64,000 nucleotides of DNA, taken from Eledone cirrhosa. Its lineage: Eukaryota. The stretch covers positions 222,394,001 to 222,458,000 of the forward strand of contig OZ024741.1 in the NCBI GenBank assembly GCA_964016885.1, given 5' to 3'. This document shows positions 54,451 to 64,000 of the stretch, in pieces. Numbering within the stretch: position 1 is the first letter of the stretch; each line of letters begins with the position of its first letter. The notes below the pieces were generated by a model. That model was given only the letters and a program-made list of their open reading frames with translations, did not search any database and was not told where the DNA came from. A program made the translations under genes and the position numbers.

Positions 54451-54535
54451 GGTGACGTGCTTTTCGCTATTGATCAGCTCAAGGTTCGATCTATATCAAT
54501 CTGGCTCGACTGTGGAATCAAAAGCTCATCGGACC
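54451..54535 (-). ncRNA. Degenerate hammerhead ribozyme
   Basis: GGU-CCGAUGA-GCUUUUGAU...AUCAAUAGC-GAAA-AGCACGU-C/ACC, then AATAAA; U4 to C core change. Confidence 0.5.
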
Positions 54536-54645
54536 TCTGCTGTTGTAATGACAATCTGTTTAGCTCGATACCTCGCTACAGATGTGAATCTAAACATCGA
54601 GTGCTCACCTGGATGAACCTAAAGTATCTTCATGTTACACTCCCT

Positions 54646-54707
<62 letters not shown>

Positions 54708-54964
54708 GTATGTGTATATATATGAAATTTTATTTTTCAATTTTTTAAATTTTAAATCACATTACTTCTTTACATACCACAAACAACCCAAATTCATCTC
54801 ACATTGGTCAATCCAAAACAACCCTAGGGTTCCATGCAGTGGGATCAAACCCAAAAGTATTTAATTGAAAAGTTAATTTCTTTACCACACAGGCATGTTG
54901 GCACCTATATATAAAAACACACACATACACATTTGTCCCTCTAACATCATTGTACTTCCTCCAA

Positions 54965-57208
54965 GAAAAAGATCTGAATACATAAGGAGAGTAAGGAACA
55001 TACTAAAATCATATCTAAATAGTAGGAATGTCATAAATGCAGTAAATTCCTGTCTATTATTAGGTACTTTATTTTATTTACGGGGGCGATAAAATAAAGT
55101 ACCAGTAATGCACTGGGTGGTTGCTGGACTTGTGCCAAAAGTAGAAACAATTATTAGGTACAGTGTGGGAATTCTCAAATGGAATGTTACTGAACAAAAA
55201 GAAATGGATAGAAAGACTAGGAAGCTATTAAATAGCTACAGCATGTTTCATAAGAGGAGTGATGTTGATAGACTCTAATTAAAGATATCTGAAGGTGGAA
55301 GAGGTCTTATCAGCGCAGAGGACTGTTCATATGGAGAAGAAAGGTCTGCACAAATATGTGTCTGAGAGTAGGGAGTCGATGCTCAAAGTTGTACCGAAGG
55401 AGAAGTCAATAGACTAGGGGATGTCCAAGAAGGAAGTAACAGCAAAGAGGAAGAGCAACTGTCATGAAATACCCTTCATACCACCCTTTTAAGAAAATGG
55501 AGTTTAGAGATCCACAGACATGGAGCTGGTTAAAAAGATGAAACCTTAAAAAAGCTACAGAAGGAATGCTAATGGCTGTACAAGAATGAAGTGGGTGAAA
55601 CAATATTGACAAGGAGGAGGTTAGTTCACTGTGTAGGATCTGTGGAGAGAGAGAGAAGACTGTGGCTCACATCGTATCTGAGTGTAAACACCTAGCCCAG
55701 ACTCACTATAAAGGCTGGAGACATGATATAATAGGAAAGATGATTCAATGGTATTCTGAGAAGTGGTATGAGCATAAGCCAGAGTCAGTGATAGTAAACG
55801 ATCAAGTGAAGGTACTATGGGATTTTAAGATACAGACAGACAAGAAATTAGAACACAATAGACCTGACCTGGTGGTTTTCGACAAGGAAAAAAATTGTGC
55901 CTAATTGTAGATGTAGCCTACCCCTTTGACACGAGAGTGCAAGAAAAGGAAAGGGAGAAAATTAACCAATACCAGGATTTAAAGTGGGAGTTAAAAAGGA
56001 TTTGGGACTGTCGTGAGATCAATCATCATCATCATCATCATCATCACCGTTTTACGTCCGTTCTTCCACGCTAGCATGGGTTAGACGGGTTGTCTTGTTG
56101 TGGGCAGTGTCTGGTCGGCTGACCATGCCTTGCTCATGCAGGAACTGATTCTGGCTTGATTTCTACAGCTGGATGCCCTTCCTAACACCAACCTCATTTA
56201 CAGTGAGTGCTGGGTGCTTTTTCGTGGCGCCTACACGTCCACTTTACAGTGTGGGCTGGGTGTTTTTTGCCGTTGCACCTCCACGACCACCTTGCGGTGG
56301 GGGGTGTGGGGGCATATTGTCTATATGCTTCAGGTTGTACCCATGGGAGGTCGGGTACTCTGTATTACTGCGTGACGCCAGAGGTCACGGTCGTGTGTTA
56401 TTGCCTTTGAGAGGTGTAATTGGGTAAGGTCGGCTTTTATCACCTCATCCCAGGTCATCTTGGGTCTCCCCACTCCGCGGTTTCCATCAACTTCTAGTGC
56501 TCTGCACCTTTTTATGCAGCTGTCATCCTTCATACACATCACATGTCCATACCAGCGCAACCGCCTCTCCTGCATACAGCATTTGATTCCTCTTATGCTC
56601 AGTCTCTCTCTCAATTCATTTATGCTTTGTCGTTCACGTATATTACTGTTACACATCCATCGGAGCATGCAGGCTTCGTTTCTCTCTAATCTACGTAAGT
56701 CTTCCACCTTCAGCGCCCAGGTCTCACTACCATGCAACATCGCTGTTCAGATACACGCATCATACAGTCTGCCTTTCATTCTGAGGGAGAAGCCTTTTGC
56801 AGCTAGCAGTGGTAGTAGTTCCCTAAACTTCTTCCATCCCGTTCTTACCCTAGTTATTGTACTTTCTGAACACCCACCTCCGCTGCTAATTCGGTCACCT
56901 AGGTAGCAGAAGCTGTCTACTGTTTCTACAGAGCCCTCCCAGAGATTGGTGGTACTTGTTTCAATGTTGCCCTGATTGTCATAGGAGCACTAGGTACTAT
57001 CTCGAAGAGTTTTCAGGGATGGTTAAAGAACATTAGTTCAGCACCCTTTTTTTTAGAACACTTCAAAAGGCATGCTTGCTGGAAAGAGCAGGAACCCTCC
57101 GATACGTCCTGAATATCTGATGCTGCAGGTAGTGGCTTGATGTTCGTTTGAACAAACCTTCCAGTTAAATAACATCAATGACTGAGACTCCAAGAATAAT
57201 AATAATAA
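54965..57208 (+). mobile_element. R4/Dong-like RLE retrotransposon 3' part, interrupted twice
   Basis: DVDRL...GGRGL, CRICG..E.TVAHIVSEC (CCHC), NRPDLVV..IVDVAYP..KEREKINQYQDL, IVIGALG, LQKACLL; (AAT)n tail. Confidence 0.9.
56024..56960 (-). mobile_element. 5'-truncated RTE inserted in the R4-like element
   Basis: MLHGSETW...RRLRWYGHVM...GRPKMTW; TCAAT at both junctions; removal restores the host frame EINVALIVIGALG. Confidence 0.92.
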
Positions 57209-59196
57209 GGATTCAGATCGATATCCAGGGATTTTGATTTCGTTGTTTACAATTTGTTCAACAAATTCATTTGGAGCACATGCTTAGGATTAATTGTAAG
57301 ACAACATTCCCAGCCAGGAGATTAAGCTATGAACACAGTGTAATTATTGTATCAACAGATTAACATGTGAAAATGTTAAAGTACTCACAATTTCATCAAT
57401 TGAAACAGCCAGTATGCTCCTAGTTTAGCACACAAAAATCCGCTGGAGTACAAAATCTATATCTAAACTAATACAGTACTGTTTTAAATTCTGTGGTGAA
57501 TCTGCTGGTCATCAATTAATCCATACTAACACATCCTGGACAAAGGAACTCTCATCAGCCAGCAGTCCTTTGAGGGGTTTCTGAAAATCGACCTTACTAT
57601 TAAATTGCCAGTATCCCACGTGTGGTATTAACTGCTAGTCGGTCAGCAAATGACAACAGCAGTGGCAGACTAGCTGGGGTTGGTGGTAATGCTTAAGATA
57701 GCAGCATGACTTTACCAATATGGAACACTCGACTATAATTAAAGAAAAAACTTTATTTTTTCATATTTAATTACAATCATATATATTGTATGAAAAGATA
57801 TTTGGAAATTCGGGAGATGCTTGATCTATAATAAGATCGAATATGTATTAGGTTTCTCATGCTTATTGTTGCTGTTGTTGTTGTTGTTGTGGTTCTTGTT
57901 GCTGATATTGAACTATTTTGAACAACTCTAATCATCCTACACCAATGACATGGTTTTATAGCGCACTTTTGTTTCTGTTATCAGGTTAATCAAAATGTGA
58001 CAGACATATAACCCCCTACTGACAAAGTGAGTTTACAATTGTCTTCTTCGTCCTGTTGGCAGACTGACCCTTAAGCTTCGTTTATGGTGGTGGCATGTGA
58101 AATAGATTTATTCAAACAAACGAACAAGCAGAAATGGTCACATCGAAAATTTCAGCAATGAGCGTTCCAAGATTAGCTACACTTGTGAGTATATGTGTGT
58201 TTTTGTGTGACTGTGTGTGCATGTGTGTGTATGTGTATGTGTATGTGTGTGTTTGTGTGAGTGTATGTGCGTATTTGTGTGAGTGTATGTATGTGTGTGT
58301 ATGTGTGGAAATGAATAAAGAACATAGGCATATCGTTTTAGAGCAAGGTAGACTATGACAACAGGTGAGAAGAGATAATATACAACTAGACAAACTATAT
58401 ATAGCTCCTCTTAATTTTTTCGTCCATGGAATTTCCACGGGTCCCACTAGTATGTTTAACTTCTTGACAATGATCTGGATACTGATAATACATTTTTATC
58501 ACAAAAACAAAAGAAAAAAAACAGAAAAACAAAAAAAAACACAAGAAAACCGTGTTTTGTAAGAATTCATGAAAGTAGTATGAACTTTGTCATTGCAGCT
58601 AAATGCTAATGAAGTTGATGGTTGAGCTCCCTAATTCTATGTTATTCTTATCCTTAATTTGCACCCAAAGGAAATCTTCCAGCATTTGGTGTAGCATGAT
58701 AGCCATTTGGTTGGAGTGATGTGACTGGGTAGGGAGAAAAGGAGGGGATAGGAGAAAAGAAAAGTATTGAACTTGATCACTGACTTTTTGCCTTTCAGTC
58801 AAGCATTGCACGTTGTATATATTTATTTATTTATTCAACTTTTCATTCTTTGTCTCTGCCCTCCACCTCCTGCCTTTTTATATTTTACTTTACTTGCTCT
58901 CTTTCCCCCTCTTTCTTTTATTTGGTCACATATTTAGGTATGTGATTTTCTAAAGAAAAAAAAATGTCTTTGTGTCCTCCCACACACCTTTTTTCTTTTC
59001 TCATCTATATATTTATAAAAAAGAAGATTATTTGTTTGTTTGTACAACGCTAAATAAAATCTATCTATCTCTCTTTTGTCTTTTATTATCTCTTTCTCTC
59101 TATCTCCCTACTTCTGTGTGTCTTCCTCTACCTGTATATATGTGTCTTTCTCTATGAATCTCTTCTTTCTCTCTCTCTATATATTTCTCTCTCTCA

Positions 59197-59620
59197 GCAT
59201 CCCATCACAACTGGAGCCAGCAGGCCACAACTGCAGAGATAGCAAACGCCCCAATTGAATTACCCTCTTATCATTCAAAGGAGGTAAATCCCTCATCTGG
59301 AATGTGACATACTGTGACAAATTCTCCACCTCAAACATAGTCGCTTCAGCCACAAACCCCAGTACTGTGGCCCACAATGCAGAGGAAGGAAGATAAGCAA
59401 ATACTGGGGCTTGTCTGGCGACTCCTCTTTGCACCTGTCATCGTCAAGATTGCAGTGTCCTCCGTAAAATCGGAACGACAGCAACCCGTCTGAGGAAGGA
59501 GCTCTGTGGGGTGGGGTGGTTGCTGCAGCGGGTGTTGCTGACCATTGTCTACAGAAATGCTTTTGCAATTTTGTCTGCAGGATGCAGCCGAAACCCCACT
59601 CCGACCTAGGTGTAGAGTCT
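59197..59620 (+). mobile_element. CRE-like RLE domain fragment
   Basis: IPSQLEPAG...DSKRPN*ITL..FKGGKSLIWNVTYCD (decayed KRPDG-x-TL...LxWDxT). Confidence 0.75.
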
Positions 59621-61232
59621 GTCACCCTCTCCCCTTCCCTTCTCTTTCTTCTGTTGCATAATAGTCCTTGCTCTTATAGTCCTTTCCTTTACTTCCTTAT
59701 ACAGCCAGATCTGCCCTTCTTTACCCCTGCCCCCTTTTCTTTTCATTATTAATTTTATTTTTATCCTTTTTAAATATTTCCATCATTGTATAACTTTTGT
59801 TTATTAAACTTTTAATATGTAAATTAAACAAAAGAACACACATATACACAAAGTAGAAGCATCGTTTCCGTTCAAGTGTTATATTAAATAACGTCTCCTT
59901 GTTAAGCTGGGAGTTTGGAACATAGCTTAACAAAGACTCTTTCTCTTCTGTTACAGTATATAAACGGAAACAAAATATATTTCCTTGTTTTGTCAATTCC
60001 ATTTCAATTTTACATTTTACTTCAGAATCATTTTGACCTGGTCGTAAAATAAAAAAAACAATCATAATCAGTGCCTGACTAAATATATCAATATTTTGCC
60101 CATAATTGCCCATAATTACCTGAATACTGGAATTGGTGGTCGTTAATATGACCTGGCGCCAATAAAATACAACACACAACATCTGAAAGAAGTCTATTGA
60201 TAAACTTGAAATTCACTTAACCCTTTAGCATTTACATTACTCTATATTTACTATTGTATTTTCGCTGTAAAGGCTTTATGCCACATAATTATTTCACATA
60301 ATATCGAATCTCTGAGATTTTGATATGTATTTTGAGAACAATATTATGTATTTTGATATTCTGCATTTTGAGAGAATTCTGGCCAGATGTGGCTGGTTTA
60401 AATGCTAAAGGGTTAAAAGGTCAAATAACCCTCTAATCATTAATGGGAGGTAAGTGTGATGAGAAACGATCATAGGTGCACTACTTTTAACTAGTGATTG
60501 AAGAGAACACATGCCAATGGTGCTACCTAGAGAGTCTTTTACCAAGATTCATGTAGTATTTGCCGGGTTTGAGGTGACATCATCAAAAATACTCGCCCGA
60601 ATCATATCGCAGTATAATCAATTGCATAACAGCTATCTGATAAGGTTGTACCAATTACATAATTGATGCCATTGAAATGCGTATAACAGCAATGACGTGA
60701 TTAATAAAATGATATAAGATTCCAGAATACTGCCTTATTTTTTATTTATACACACACACACATATATATATATACATGCATACATACATACATACATACA
60801 TACATACATACATACATACATACATACATACATACATACATACATACATAATAAACACACATATATACTTATAAGCACAGAGAAATACATATATGCTTGT
60901 ATATATTTATATGCATGTATATATATTTTAGTTTCCATTATATTCAGGTTGATAATTAAATAAAAGCTATTGAATATCTTCCTAAATAGAAGAGAGAATG
61001 AATCACAAAAACTTCTTTTAGGTTTTATAGTTCCGTCTAGACACAAGTACAGAATCTGCATCCATAAAAGTATCCTTTATCAGGCAATGAAGAAGGTAAG
61101 GTTTTTGCTGAGATACAGATTTACCATCAACTCTTAAGCTAAGCTGCACTCTAATCTATGTACATCAGTGTGTGTATGCATGCATAAATGTCTGTATATA
61201 TATATTATCATCATCATCATATATATATATTC

Positions 61233-61637
<405 letters not shown>

Positions 61638-62003
61638 GTGTGTGTGTAGGTGCACATATATATATACATATATACATATGCATTGTGCATATATATATAT
61701 ATGTGTGTGTGCGTGTGTATCATCAAATCAACCACAAATATGTGTTTTCTTGTGGTTCATTGGATGATATACACATCTTCTGATGAAGGTCCAATAAGAT
61801 CCAAAAATCTATGAAAGACCATTGATCATTTTTTTCAAATTACAGGGAAATTTGTATTTCCCGGTATGTTTACATGCCTCCAAAATAGATATGTGTATAT
61901 ATTTATACACGTTGGCGCAGTCTCGGTAACATACTCTGTATTTATACAGATATAACTGTATCATACACATCGGCTACTAGCACGCTTCTCACTATATATA
62001 TAT

Positions 62004-62098
<95 letters not shown>

Positions 62099-62304
62099 AG
62101 GGTGTGGAAAAAAAACCCCAGGTGGATGATAACCCACCAGTGTACTTGATACTTGAGTAGTAGAGTGGGTAATATGAAAAGATTTAGGACCCCGACGGCT
62201 GAGATCCCTCCGTTTTGACAGTTAGATCCAAACTTGAGTTCGGATCTAGCTGTCGAAATGGCTGGAGCTCAGCCGTTGGGGTCCTGAATCTTTTTATATA
62301 TATA

Positions 62305-64000
62305 TAAAGAAGAGAAAGACTGCTTTTATGAGCAACTTTTACAAACAGCCGCAATGACAGAGGACGGAGACATCGTTATGCTAGCAGGGGACTTCAATGG
62401 TCATGTTGGGCAGCTCCAGGATGGTTACACTGGGGTACATGGTGGGCATGGTTACGGCTCAAAAAATGAAGAAGGAGTGAGACTTCTTGAATTTTGTGAT
62501 GCAAGTGCACTAACCATTTGCAACACTAACTTCCAGAAACCTGCCAACTACCTAATAACCTACAAATCAGGCGAGCACATAAGCCAGATTGACTTCTTAC
62601 TAGTTAGGCAGCGGGTCAGGCAGATGGTGTCAAATATCAAGGCATACCCTGAGGAAGAATGTACCCCACAGCATAGGTTAGTCGTTAGTGATATCTCAGT
62701 AAGCAAGAGATGGAATGAGACATACAGGAAGGTGTGGGGAAGAAAGGTCTGGAAGCTAAAAGACCTTTCACTCGAATACAAATTTAGGAAAGCCCTTCAA
62801 GATGTTTATGACGAAAAAGAAGACGACTTAGAGTCGTATGACATAGATGATAACTGGAATTTCTTACGTGACAATTTACTGCAGGCTACTGAAGAAACTT
62901 GTGGCTGGAGCAGCTCCGACCAGACAGAGAGTGACCTGGTGGTGGAACAGCACGGTAGATAGGGAAATTAGAGACAAAATACTAGCATGGAATGCTTTGG
63001 AAAATGGTGGGAGTAGAGAGGGATATACAGCCGCTAAGAGAGAAGCTAGACGTCAGGAGTACTTAGCACGCAGGGAGGCTGAGAGTAGGAGGTTTGCCAA
63101 TGTTCTGTGAAGGGAAGATCAGAGACGTGTGGTGTTCCGCATTGCAAGGCAGTGTGTCAGTGAAACTCAGGATGTTGTTGGAGATAAGTGTGTCCGGAAT
63201 GATGCCAGAGTACTTAGTGTCACGAATGATCAGAAAAAGGAGGCCTGGAAATGTCATTATGAGAGACTGATGAATGTGGAGAATGAATGGGAGAGAGAGA
63301 AATTACCCCCAGTAGATCCGATAGAGCGACCAGCTATTGAGATTGATGAATATAGGGTCCAAGAGGCGATTAAGGAAATGAAAAATGGTAAGGCCGCTGA
63401 ACCGTCGGGGATAGTTGCTGAGGTGCTGAAGGCATCAGGGGACGTAGGCACTAAACTGGTTGCACGCATCATCAATCAAGCTATATATGGCTGTGTCATA
63501 CCCAAAGACTGGCGCAGCAGTATTCTCATAAATTGCTACAAAGGTAAAGGGGATGCTCTGGAGAGGAGCAATTATAGGGGCATAAAACTGATGGATCAGG
63601 TTATGAAAGTGGCAGAAAAGATATTAGCGCAACTAATTAGAGAAAGGGTCAAACTAGATGAGATGCAGTTTGGTTTTGTGCCTGGGAAAAGTACAACAGA
63701 TACCCTGTTCTTAGTGAGACAAGTACAAGAGAGGTTCTTAGAGAAGAATAAGCCACTATACTAAGCTTTTGTTGACCTAGAGAAGGCCTTTGATAGGGTA
63801 CCCGATTTGTCATCTGGTGGTCCCTAAGGAAACTAGGTGTTGAGGAATGGCTTGTGAGGACAGTGCAAGCTTTGTACAGAGGTGCTGTCAGGAAAGTGAG
63901 GATAGGAATGGAGTTTAGTGAAGAATTCCAGATACAAGTAGGAGTACATCACGGTTCGGTTCTCAACCTGCCCTTGTTCATTATAGTCCTCCAAGCCATA
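62305..64000 (+). mobile_element. RTE-clade LINE, APE endonuclease plus RT, disrupted, runs off the window
   Basis: GDFNGHVG, QIDFLLV, PQHRLVV, YKGKGDALERSNYRGIKL, QFGFVPG, AFVDLEKAFDRVP, GVHHGSVL. Confidence 0.95.

Overview
AT-rich, repeat-dominated eukaryotic DNA. Its microsatellite load and SINE/LINE repertoire resemble a coleoid cephalopod (Octopus-like); that assignment is an inference. No intact host gene could be supported, and almost all listed ORFs are translations of (TA)n/(ATC)n/(CA)n/(TATG)n tracts or decayed transposons. Recognisable elements: RTE, R4/Dong-like, CRE-like, Tx1/L1-like and CR1 non-LTR fragments; Helitrons; mariner and pogo/Tigger fossils; TTAA-specific piggyBac-type MITEs; hAT and Tc/pogo MITEs; several tRNA-headed SINEs; a 22-bp minisatellite. 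The strongest unexplained signal is about 16 short non-coding elements, from many sequence-unrelated families, embedded in (TA)n tracts. Many are long inverted repeats, at least six loci carry a complete minimal type-I hammerhead ribozyme, and they share an ACTC..GAGT(A/G)C subterminal motif, usually about 45-50 nt from the (TA)n junction. They look like a large, microsatellite-targeted class of ribozyme-bearing mini-Penelope/retrozyme-like elements. Coordinates were counted by hand; ends of decayed elements are approximate.
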